Virus record (IMG/VR): IMGVR_UViG_3300022220_000003 | Span: 29,467 to 93,466 of that record | Reading direction: 5' to 3' (one strand) | Source of the DNA: a virus | Length of the DNA stretch: 64,000 nucleotides | Position numbers and translations under genes: made by a program | Notes under the pieces: generated by a model | Seen by the model: the letters and a program-made list of their open reading frames with translations, nothing else | Database searches by the model: none | What the model was told of the DNA's origin: nothing | Part shown: positions 1 through 7,268 of the stretch, piece after piece | Layout: the number at the start of each line of letters is the position of its first letter | How positions within the stretch are numbered: the first letter of the stretch is position 1

Positions 1-31
1 TTGTTTGTGAACGAGGATATTTGTCGATACG

Positions 32-51
32 CTATGACAACCGAGTCATAG
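32..51. promoter_or_regulatory. Palindromic upstream box CTATGAC-N6-GTCATAG (candidate enhancer/operator)
   Basis: ctatgac aaccga gtcatag; same motif at 1905, 1973, 2039, 7019, 7098, 7175. Confidence 0.7.
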
Positions 52-111
52 TCCACGGACCACCCGCAGGCTATAACCTTATTTTATCGCGGGTTTGCGG
101 CGGCGGCAAGT

Positions 112-140
112 TGGCATTGGTGTTGCATACTAAGTATGCA
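112..140 (+). promoter_or_regulatory. sigma54-type promoter fused to the palindrome TGCATAC-TAA-GTATGCA
   Basis: TGGCAT-TGGTG-TTGCA matches the -24/-12 consensus with exact GG-N10-GC spacing. Confidence 0.75.
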
Positions 141-241
141 GTTAACGCAGTCGAGCAGCACATGGGACGGCGTTGGCAACCGACACGGGCCGAGAGCGGG
201 GCCGGACTGAGACAACCAACCCAAACCCAAAGGACACCACC

Positions 242-592
242 ATGTTGACTGCTACCATCACCCGAAAAGCCGAAGTCGCCTACTTGTTCACCCTGTTGGA
301 CGGCTGTCGAGCCTCGGATCCTGCGTTGTTTCGGCGTTTGCGGCGAGCCTATCGAGTACTCAAGGAGATCGACCTCGCTAACAACGCCGTGCTTTGCGAG
401 GTGGAATATGAGAGCGAGGACGTGCCGCAAACCGTGATTCGGTTTCGGGGCACCTACTTTGCGGCCAACGGAGTCGGGAAGTTTTCAAAGCAGACCGTAA
501 TCCATGCGGGCGGCGACCACTTCGCGATCTACCTCTCGGACCGGCCGGGGCGTTACTGTGGCCTCGAAGGCTACACGCTACCCCTGTACTAG
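242..592 (+). CDS. Hypothetical early protein, paralog of 7297..7668
   Basis: AAAGGA RBS before ATG 242; shares VEYESEDVP and F.I.LS..PGR..G with the 7297 ORF. Confidence 0.7.
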   Translation: MLTATITRKAEVAYLFTLLDGCRASDPALFRRLRRAYRVLKEIDLANNAVLCEVEYESEDVPQTVIRFRGTYFAANGVGKFSKQTVIHAGGDHFAIYLSDRPGRYCGLEGYTLPLY

Positions 593-750
593 GCACCGCG
601 GGTTGCTCGGCCCCACCTCGGGGCCGGGCGGCGGGGGTGCCACGAGGCGCAGCGGGGCTCGGTCCTGTTTTTTGTTCCTTGCGGGGCTTGCCTACCTTGG
701 GATCATGTTTACCACGTTGACACCTTGAGGGCGCTAGGGTAGGGGGTGGT

Positions 751-1014
751 ATGAGCGACCTGGAAAAGTTGATAACCGCCAAGGAAACCTACGATTCGAC
801 ACCTACAAATCTCGACCTCGAGGACGCGTTGGAATCCGTACTAGGCACCCTCGAGCTGGTGGCCCGGGCTCAGGTCGCGGCGGCGTTGATCCAAGCCAAC
901 CCGAGTTTTGTCGAGGCTCCTAAACTGTTGGCCAACACCGTCAACAAGATCACGCTAGCGCTGGCGTTCAACCAAGGGGAGCAAACGGAGCAAACGAACA
1001 ATGTCGACCCTTGA
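751..1014 (+). CDS. Hypothetical protein
   Basis: Genome-typical codon use; overlaps the next ORF. Confidence 0.6.
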   Translation: MSDLEKLITAKETYDSTPTNLDLEDALESVLGTLELVARAQVAAALIQANPSFVEAPKLLANTVNKITLALAFNQGEQTEQTNNVDP

Positions 1015-1228
1015 TAGTTCGGTGTGGGCCGTGAGCCGGGCCCTCGAGAAGCGCAACGAAATCGAGCTGCGTCGGGTCAAGGCCCTCGAGTTTCGAAACC
1101 AGATCGAGATCTTGCGGGCGGTGGTGGAGTATTCCAACGGCGCGGGTGGCCTTGGGTCAAAAGACCTCGCCGATCGGGCGTTCGAGATCCACCAAATGCT
1201 CAAGGAGCGGCCCTATGCCAGATCCTAA
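1001..1228 (+). CDS. Hypothetical protein
   Basis: GGAG RBS; operon-like overlap. Confidence 0.6.
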   Translation: MSTLDSSVWAVSRALEKRNEIELRRVKALEFRNQIEILRAVVEYSNGAGGLGSKDLADRAFEIHQMLKERPYARS

Positions 1229-1493
1229 AGCCCCCTCGGTGGCCCTGCTCGAGGAACAACGCCGCCTAAACCCCGATCTCGCGGCCATCTATCGCCACCT
1301 CCTTGGGATCCGTGAGGACCTCGCCGTGATCACCATGGCGATTCTATCCGAGCGGGTGATCGCCGCCGGCGTACCCCTCGAGGACGTGCCCGTGAGGACC
1401 GCTAAGCTCTATTCGACCTACCTCCACAATGTGCACACCATCCGAGAGCGCCCCGAGCCCCCCACCGGGGGCCGGGGGCCCGCCGGGCCCTAG
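1215..1493 (+). CDS. Hypothetical protein
   Basis: AAGGAG RBS before ATG 1215. Confidence 0.6.
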   Translation: MPDPKAPSVALLEEQRRLNPDLAAIYRHLLGIREDLAVITMAILSERVIAAGVPLEDVPVRTAKLYSTYLHNVHTIRERPEPPTGGRGPAGP

Positions 1494-1765
1494 CGGTAGG
1501 GTAGGCCGCGGGCCTTATTGATGGCCCGAGTTGCGAGCCTACGCAATTGGGATCCTAGGTGATAATAGTTGTTGACCGATCCGGCCTCGCGATACCGCTG
1601 GCCCCGATCGGAGATCCGCAACACGAGGGCGCCGGTGGTGTGCACATAAATGTGCCCGTCAAAGGCCTCAACAACGCGATATTCTTGGCCCCTCGCGTTG
1701 AACGTGGCCGAGGCGGTAAAGAGGGGAAGTTGAGCAAAGTTGGTGTCTGTGTTCGTTGTGGTCAT
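1490..1765 (-). CDS. Hypothetical early protein, probably leaderless
   Basis: ATG overlaps the end of the promoter palindrome. Confidence 0.7.
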   Translation of the reverse strand: MTTTNTDTNFAQLPLFTASATFNARGQEYRVVEAFDGHIYVHTTGALVLRISDRGQRYREAGSVNNYYHLGSQLRRLATRAINKARGLPYR

Positions 1766-1793
1766 GCATACTTAGTATGCAACACCGGTGCCA
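1765..1793 (-). promoter_or_regulatory. sigma54-type promoter plus palindrome
   Basis: Minus strand reads TGGCAC-CGGTG-TTGCATACTAAGTATGC-ATG. Confidence 0.8.
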
Positions 1794-1850
1794 GGTTTTC
1801 TGAGGTATTGGGGCCGTATTGGGGTGATACCGGTATGATACCACGCCTAA

Positions 1851-1863
1851 AATCAAGCACTTG
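1851..1863 (+). promoter_or_regulatory. IHF-binding site
   Basis: AATCAAGCACTTG is an exact WATCAANNNNTTR match, lying between upstream boxes and promoter. Confidence 0.6.
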
Positions 1864-1904
1864 CGGCCGGCGGGAGAGCTCGGAGGTGTGTGGGTGCAAT
1901 ACCT

Positions 1905-2058
1905 CTATGACTTAGGTGTCATAGTTGTACTTGGTTGATATTACTAGGGAAACCGGTGATTTTACGTATTTACTATGACATTAAAGTCATAGGCTACTTG
2001 GTTGTTTTTGTTGAGCAAAGGGCGTTTTCGGTGGTTTGCTATGACATAAATGTCAGGG
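1905..2058. promoter_or_regulatory. Three CTATGAC-N6-GTCATAG boxes (1905-1924, 1973-1992, degenerate 2039-2058)
   Basis: Palindromic boxes at 68 and 66 bp spacing between divergent promoters. Confidence 0.75.
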
Positions 2059-2118
2059 TTGGTTATTGGGCCGTTGGCTTCGAGCCTAGTTTATCGGGTG
2101 TTTGCGGGCCTGGCAAGT

Positions 2119-2147
2119 TGGCACCGGTGTTGCATACTAAGTATGCA
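2119..2147 (+). promoter_or_regulatory. sigma54-type promoter plus palindrome
   Basis: TGGCAC-CGGTG-TTGCATACTAAGTATGC-ATG, identical to the 1765-1793 copy. Confidence 0.8.
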
Positions 2148-2797
2148 TGACCAACACGAACAAAACCACCGCCACCTACGAGAGCGCCCGGCAACTAGTC
2201 GCCACCCTCCGCGGGGAGCTCGAGCAGCTCACCTTGTTGCCCTCCGACACCCTCGAGATCTGCGATCAGTTGGTTGCTCGTGTCGAGCTCGCCAAGGCGC
2301 GGGCGGATAGCGCGCCTAGCGATATCGTGAAGTTTTCGCGGCCCGAGCCCGAGAGCGTGCTCGAGCGTGAAAAGGCGGCGGCCCGCCGGGCGGGTGCGGC
2401 GGCGGTGGTTGAGGACGCCAAGGCCAAGGCCGAGTTTCTGGCCAAGACTGCAGTCAAGGGCCCTCGCAACCCCGTGCACTTGGTTGAGGTCGAGGAGGGC
2501 CACCACGTTGACGTGATCCCCCGCAAGTCGATTCGTCTGCACGGCTTGGACCGCAACCGCCGCAACGGCCCGGTGGCCTACGATCGGACCTTCGAGATCG
2601 GCGACTCGGCCGAATACGACAGCTATAACACCTCATTTATCGGCCGGATCGTGGCCATCGGCGCCAAGACCGTGACGATTGACACCAAGATGGGTGAGCG
2701 GCGGCGATTGAAGCTCGAGCAGTTCTCGTGGCGCAACCGCCACTTTGACCTTGAGACCGTGGCCCGCCGCAACGCCGAGGAAAGTTATTACATCTAA
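2147..2797 (+). CDS. Hypothetical early protein, probably leaderless
   Basis: 216 aa ORF starting at the promoter palindrome; typical codon use. Confidence 0.75.
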   Translation: MTNTNKTTATYESARQLVATLRGELEQLTLLPSDTLEICDQLVARVELAKARADSAPSDIVKFSRPEPESVLEREKAAARRAGAAAVVEDAKAKAEFLAKTAVKGPRNPVHLVEVEEGHHVDVIPRKSIRLHGLDRNRRNGPVAYDRTFEIGDSAEYDSYNTSFIGRIVAIGAKTVTIDTKMGERRRLKLEQFSWRNRHFDLETVARRNAEESYYI

Positions 2798-2813
2798 CCA
2801 AGGAGCCAACACC

Positions 2814-3239
2814 ATGACCACCAACGTACGCACCGAGCGCAAGTTTGAGACCTACTCCCGCGGGGCCGAGCTCGTGAGAGCTATCAAGGCCATGTGGGAG
2901 TGCAACGAAGGTGACCGCGGGCGGCCCGATGGTAACACTCGGATCAACACTCGTATTGAGGCCCTAGCGGCCGAATACGATTTGACCTCGGTTGAGTGGA
3001 TCTATTGGGCCCGCATCGCCATGGGGTTAACGAAACCCAATCAACTTTACCTTTGCCGCGGCCTCCCAACACACTGGGTTGCCACCGACGCCAACAATCA
3101 GCCTTGGCTGTTTCCGGCGGTGGCGGGTGGGTGGAAGCACCGAACGCGGTTCGTTAGCCACCTCGAGGCCTTGATCGAGACCGACAACCTTTACGCCACC
3201 GGTACGGGGTGGTGCAAGTCTGAGGAGGGTTCACCATGA
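2814..3239 (+). CDS. Hypothetical protein
   Basis: AAGGAG RBS before ATG 2814. Confidence 0.7.
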   Translation: MTTNVRTERKFETYSRGAELVRAIKAMWECNEGDRGRPDGNTRINTRIEALAAEYDLTSVEWIYWARIAMGLTKPNQLYLCRGLPTHWVATDANNQPWLFPAVAGGWKHRTRFVSHLEALIETDNLYATGTGWCKSEEGSP

Positions 3240-3637
3240 CCACCAAAACCACAATGTGGGAAGTCTACAACCCGAGCTCGGGGCACAGTCTAGGCCATTA
3301 CAAGGCCGAGAGCTCCGAGGAGGCGATCGAGGCGTGCTGCCGGGCGGCGGGGTACGGGTCGGAGGCGGAGGCCTCCGCGGCCACCGGCGGGCGGGGGGTG
3401 CTCCGAGCTCTCGAGGTTGAGGAGGTCGATCTCAACACCGACAACGGATCCAAAACGCGGGCATACCTAGACGAATCAGGGTTTGCGACCTTCGAACATG
3501 CCAACGCCGCGGGCGATCGGATGATCGTCAAGGCCAAGGGCAACTGCCTCGAGATTGTGCCCGCGTCCGGTTGTTGTCTCAAATCCAATGTGGAGCACGC
3601 CGGCCGGGCCGTCTATATTTGGGTGCAACCATGTTGA
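3236..3637 (+). CDS. Hypothetical protein
   Basis: GAGGAGG RBS; ATGA overlap. Confidence 0.7.
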   Translation: MTTKTTMWEVYNPSSGHSLGHYKAESSEEAIEACCRAAGYGSEAEASAATGGRGVLRALEVEEVDLNTDNGSKTRAYLDESGFATFEHANAAGDRMIVKAKGNCLEIVPASGCCLKSNVEHAGRAVYIWVQPC

Positions 3638-4032
3638 CCATGTTCGTTGTTGGGTGGCGCTGCGGGTGCGGTTGCGAGACCTTGCACCGCATGTATCTGA
3701 AAACCTCACAGGAGGCCTTGGCGCTAACGGTGCAGCTCCGCGATAGCACCGCCACCGAGACCTGGGTGTGGCGAATGCGACTCCCGCGGCGCAAGGAGGC
3801 GATCCTAGTGGCGCTCAACTACTGCTGTGGGGCTCGATATCGAGCTCGAGGGGGAGCTCGAGCAGCTCGCGCACCTAGTGCGATCCGATTGGGAGGCCGA
3901 GGCGGAGGCCGAGGAGCCGACGCACGGCGAGGGCCCGCCCGGTGGCCGAGGAGCCGACGCACGGCGAGGGCCCGCCCGGAGGCCGAGGAGCCGACGCACG
4001 GCGAGGGCCCGCCCGGTGGCGAGTTTCATTGA
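3631..4032 (+). CDS. Hypothetical protein, possibly frameshifted and repeat-expanded
   Basis: Overlaps the upstream stop; C-terminal part crosses the 37-bp repeats. Confidence 0.45.
   Translation: MLTMFVVGWRCGCGCETLHRMYLKTSQEALALTVQLRDSTATETWVWRMRLPRRKEAILVALNYCCGARYRARGGARAARAPSAIRLGGRGGGRGADARRGPARWPRSRRTARARPEAEEPTHGEGPPGGEFH
3907..4017 (+). repeat. Tandem repeat, 3 x 37 bp
   Basis: ggccgaggagccgacgcacggcgagggcccgcccgg(t/a) at 3907, 3944, 3981. Confidence 0.95.
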
Positions 4033-4039
4033 GTGGCCT

Positions 4040-4055
4040 TGGCCCGCGGATTGCA
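4040..4055 (+). promoter_or_regulatory. sigma54-type promoter of the Fis-HTH gene
   Basis: TGGCCC-GCGGA-TTGCA; ATG 4068 lies 14 nt after the -12 C, the same offset as at 2147 and 7297. Confidence 0.6.
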
Positions 4056-4067
4056 AGGAGATCGGAT

Positions 4068-4310
4068 ATGACGAAAAAGGTATCCAAAACCACCCGAAAT
4101 GGCCATTTACTTGGACGGTTAGTCCGTGACGCGGAAAAGGCCATTATTATCCAATACATAGCCAAGCATCGCGGAAACAAGACCCACGCGGCCGAGGCCC
4201 TCGGGGTGACGCACCGGCATTTGCAGCGGCGGTGCGTGGCGCTCGGTATCGAGGGGGCGGACCTCGAGGGCGGCAACGTGGGTGTTGTAATCGTGGGCGG
4301 GCTTGTGTAG
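4068..4310 (+). CDS. Stand-alone Fis-family (HTH_8) DNA-binding protein
   Basis: AEKAIIIQYIAKHRGNKTHAAEALGVTHRHLQRR fits the E..xI..aL....GN...AA..LG..R.tL pattern of Fis/NtrC C-terminal domains. Confidence 0.85.
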   Translation: MTKKVSKTTRNGHLLGRLVRDAEKAIIIQYIAKHRGNKTHAAEALGVTHRHLQRRCVALGIEGADLEGGNVGVVIVGGLV

Positions 4311-4348
4311 GCTCGGGCCTACTCCGGATTTTCGGTTTTCGCGCAAAG

Positions 4349-4373
4349 CCCCCGGCTCTAGCAGGCCGGGGGC
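4349..4373. terminator. GC-rich hairpin, possible terminator
   Basis: gcccccggc...gccgggggc just downstream of the Fis-HTH gene. Confidence 0.4.
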
Positions 4374-4541
4374 GCCTATGCTAGGGTGGAGCCGGCCCCC
4401 GCGTCTCAATTCATGGTGATCAACCGCCCGCGGTAGCCTAAGCCATTGCCAACGAACGTTGATCGGGGTGTGGGGGCCACCAAATAGGTCAGGCATTTTC
4501 TCTTGTGAAAGTCCATTGATTTCGGTGTAGTGTGGCGCGCT

Positions 4542-4844
4542 ATGTCGATAGACGATCAGCAATTCATACGGATTCCTGAGCCCCATATCGGCTGGGATAC
4601 GGGGCTACTGCTGCGGGTGGTGGCTGGGGAGCTCCGCGGGGCGGAGCTCCGCCGCGAGGTGGATTATATCCACGCGGTGGAGCGGGTCTCGGTGGACATT
4701 TCGCAGCAACTAGTGAGGACGGCGCAAGGGTCGGTGAGGTGGGCGTTGATCGATCTCGTGGTCTCGGGCCTACGACGGCGTTTGCTCGAGCTCTCGAGCC
4801 GGCCGGCGGGGCCGTTGCCTCCTCGGGGTTGGCCTTGCGCTTAA
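4542..4844 (+). CDS. Hypothetical protein
   Basis: 100 aa ORF with plausible codon use. Confidence 0.5.
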   Translation: MSIDDQQFIRIPEPHIGWDTGLLLRVVAGELRGAELRREVDYIHAVERVSVDISQQLVRTAQGSVRWALIDLVVSGLRRRLLELSSRPAGPLPPRGWPCA

Positions 4845-4945
4845 ATGAAAAAGTCCAATGATTCCAAGAGGTAACGCCATTTGGGGGTGCTGGTGGGGGT
4901 TTGGGCTTAAATAATGTGGGCGGTCTAGTTTGGCGCGGAGCCCGG

Positions 4946-5326
4946 TTAATCCTGTTGGTTGCGGTCGCGGTCTCGGTCTAGGTCGCGGTCGCGGTCGCGG
5001 TCGTTTGGTCTCGATTTGTTCCGTATCCGGGCCAGGAGTGGTCCGGTCTCGTTTTCGGGCGGGGTTTCGAGCGGTGGGAGGTGGTCTCGTATGCCCGGGC
5101 GCCTTGGGCCACTGTAGCGGCCGGTATTCATGCGTTCAAATGGCCAAATCGAGTAGGCCTGGCCCGTGTCGGACTCGGCGAGGTCTGGGGTTACTTTCTC
5201 GAGGGTGTGGGGCCTCGTTTTGCACTGGCATACCGGGCAACGGATCTTGGTGGTCACGAGGTGGCACCGGTGGCACGTAGGGGCCGTGAAATAGGATCCG
5301 ATCGTGGTGTTGACGGGGCTCGGCAT
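4946..5326 (-). CDS. Zn-ribbon protein with an Asp-Arg repeat tail
   Basis: CHRC...CPVC; GAGGTG RBS; tail DRDRDRDLDRDRDR encoded by a 6-bp repeat at about 4961-5003. Confidence 0.6.
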   Translation of the reverse strand: MPSPVNTTIGSYFTAPTCHRCHLVTTKIRCPVCQCKTRPHTLEKVTPDLAESDTGQAYSIWPFERMNTGRYSGPRRPGIRDHLPPLETPPENETGPLLARIRNKSRPNDRDRDRDLDRDRDRNQQD

Positions 5327-5424
5327 ACTGCACCTCGAGGGGTTGATTGGGGGCAGCTTATCACGGGCTCGGGTGGAGGTTTACTGGCATGGTGTGACGT
5401 CACGATGTGTCAGGTTGTTGTGTA

Positions 5425-5440
5425 TGCATACACGATGCCA
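5425..5440 (-). promoter_or_regulatory. sigma54-type promoter
   Basis: Minus strand TGGCAT-CGTGT-ATGCA(TAC), upstream of the 5326 ORF. Confidence 0.55.
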
Positions 5441-6003
5441 AAAAATAATGTTCTGGGTTATTGGGGGGTTAGGTGGAGGGTATGGCGGGCTTTGTCAGGC
5501 TGTTTGGATGATGTGGTGCGTCATTGAGGTGGGGTTGGCGGTTTGGGGTTATTTAGGTGGGTTGTTGTCGATTTGGTTGATTGAAAAAGTGGTGTGTTTG
5601 TAGGGGTTTACAAGGGGGGCTTGACGTGACTTGTCAACGTTTTTCGAGGCGTAACGATTACAGGTAGTTAGCTACTTATGTAAGTGGTTATGGAAGTGGT
5701 GGGATGTGTCGAGTTGTGACAGGTGGCGGTGTAAGTCGGTGTAATCGTTGCGGTATTGGTATGGGAGGGCGTGGGGGGTGATTGGGTGTCTCGATTTGTG
5801 GACAGTGTTGCGGTTCCGAGTGTCTTGATTTGTGGACAGGGGTGGCGAAATTTCGCCAGGGGGGTTTTGGGGGTTTTGAGGGGGTGGGGTGAGGGATTGA
5901 GTTAGGGGGTGGGTTTGCGGCGGTTTTTGGGGCCTTAGGGGGCTTGTCACGTGGTGGTGTAGGGTGGTGGGGAGGTGTTTCGGTTGGTGGGCACGGCGGG
6001 AGA

Positions 6004-6085
6004 TGTGCACCATTTTGGAGCAGTTGGTGAGGGGTGTGCACCATTTTGGAGCAGGTGGGGTGAAATGTGCACCATTTTGGAGCAG
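6004..6085. repeat. Three 20-bp direct repeats at 31-bp period containing NtrC-like boxes
   Basis: tgtgcaccattttggagcag at 6004, 6035, 6066. Confidence 0.9.
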
Positions 6086-6377
6086 TTACAGGTTGGTGAG
6101 GTTGAGGGTATAAGGTTTTGTTATAGGTGGGTAGTGTTTTTGGGCGGTTTACTTATGGGTTTTGGGGGGTTGGGGGTTGTTTGTGGGCGGCCCGCGGCGG
6201 GGTGGACGCGACCGGCCTCGGGCCGGGCCTGGTGCTGCGGTGTAGGCCCCGCCCGCACCTCCGCACCGCTCCGCCCCTAAGCCCCGTCCTGTGCAGCTCT
6301 CGAAGAGCTCCCCGGCCTCGATCTCGGTTCCCAGTGGTTCGTCCCTATGGGAGCTCGAGCTCGGCGAGCCGTGCGAC

Positions 6378-6725
6378 CTAACGAGGGCCAACACCGTACA
6401 CACGGCGGTCGAGGGCGATCCGCAGCTCGGCATGGACGCGTTTGGCAACCTCAAACTTGGTGGCCGCGTCGTTGAGCTCGGCGTTAGTCTCGCCGCCCAT
6501 GAACATGGCCCACAAGCTACCAACGCCCCCGGTGGCGTCTGCGATAGCTCGCTTACGCTCGGCCGCCTCCTCAACCTCGGCCGCGGCCTCGGCGATGGCC
6601 TTGGCGAGCTCGGCACGATAGATAAGCTCGGCGCTACGGTCGGTGCCCGCGGCGGCCCGGTAGGCGGCCTGGGTGTTCTCGACGACGGTGGCGAGGGCGG
6701 CGGCGGTGGTAATAGTCTTGGTCAT
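6378..6725 (-). CDS. Hypothetical alanine-rich helical protein
   Basis: GAGGA RBS before ATG 6725 (MTKTITTAAALAT...). Confidence 0.65.
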   Translation of the reverse strand: MTKTITTAAALATVVENTQAAYRAAAGTDRSAELIYRAELAKAIAEAAAEVEEAAERKRAIADATGGVGSLWAMFMGGETNAELNDAATKFEVAKRVHAELRIALDRRVYGVGPR

Positions 6726-6736
6726 GGTCTCGATCC

Positions 6737-6868
6737 TCAGAGCACCACCGCGGCGGCGGCCTCGTTGCGGGCGGCGAGCTTGGGGCGGCGGGTGCCCTCG
6801 CCACCGACAACCAAGACCACAATCGCGACCACCGCGATAACTGCCTTGATTGTCTTGTTGCGTGTCAT
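6737..6868 (-). CDS. 43-aa membrane-anchored peptide, probably leaderless (not in the ORF track)
   Basis: MTRNKTIKAVIAVVAIVVLVVGGEGTRRPKLAARNEAAAAVVL; ATG at the promoter palindrome. Confidence 0.6.
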   Translation of the reverse strand: MTRNKTIKAVIAVVAIVVLVVGGEGTRRPKLAARNEAAAAVVL

Positions 6869-6896
6869 GCATACTTAGTATACAACAACCGTGCCA
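6868..6896 (-). promoter_or_regulatory. sigma54-type promoter plus palindrome (variant -12 TTGT)
   Basis: Minus strand TGGCAC-GGTTG-TTGTATACTAAGTATGC-ATG. Confidence 0.65.
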
Positions 6897-6943
6897 GAGC
6901 TCGGGGGTGGCACGGCGGGTGCAACTCGAGGAGGGCGACACAA

Positions 6944-6956
6944 TATCAAGGGGTTA
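6944..6956 (+). promoter_or_regulatory. IHF-binding site
   Basis: TATCAAGGGGTTA, exact consensus match. Confidence 0.6.
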
Positions 6957-7018
6957 CGGGCCGAGAGCTCCCCGCCGAGCTCCCCGAGGGCCGTGTTTAG
7001 CGTGTAGGGCCAATACCT

Positions 7019-7194
7019 CTATGACTTAGGTGTCATAGTTGAGATTAGGGGCTAACTACTCGTAATGAGGGCGAAAATGCCAATTGGTACTAGACTACTA
7101 TGGCAATCATGTCATAGTTGAGGATTGGGCTAACTGCACGTAATAGCGAAAGAATCCTAGGTTAGACCGATTTACTATGGCATCTATGTCATAG
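7019..7194. promoter_or_regulatory. Three CTATGRC-N6-GTCATAG boxes (7019-7038, 7098-7117, 7175-7194)
   Basis: 79 and 77 bp spacing; 7011-7041 is identical to 1897-1927. Confidence 0.75.
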
Positions 7195-7227
7195 CTATGA
7201 TGCTCTGCGTTATCAAGGTGATTGGCC

Positions 7228-7240
7228 TAAGTGCTTGATA
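7228..7240 (-). promoter_or_regulatory. IHF-binding site
   Basis: Minus strand TATCAAGCACTTA, exact consensus match. Confidence 0.6.
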
Positions 7241-7268
7241 TTGTGTTGAGAGCTCCTCGCCACGGTAT

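Noticed and set aside
717-745. sigma70 promoter (TTGACA) before ORF 751
   Set aside because: No convincing -10 hexamer at 16-18 bp
5797-5839. DnaA boxes (TGTGGACAG)
   Set aside because: Two mismatches to TGTGGATAA; better explained as halves of TGTC-N10-GACA dyads
6004-6085. Mini-CRISPR
   Set aside because: Intervening sequences are only 11 nt and no cas operon is present
5081-6878. Plus-strand ORFs 5081, 5304, 5975, 6127, 6291 and minus-strand Pro/His-rich ORFs 5672, 5688
   Set aside because: Low-complexity translations of skewed DNA, or shadows of better-supported minus-strand genes
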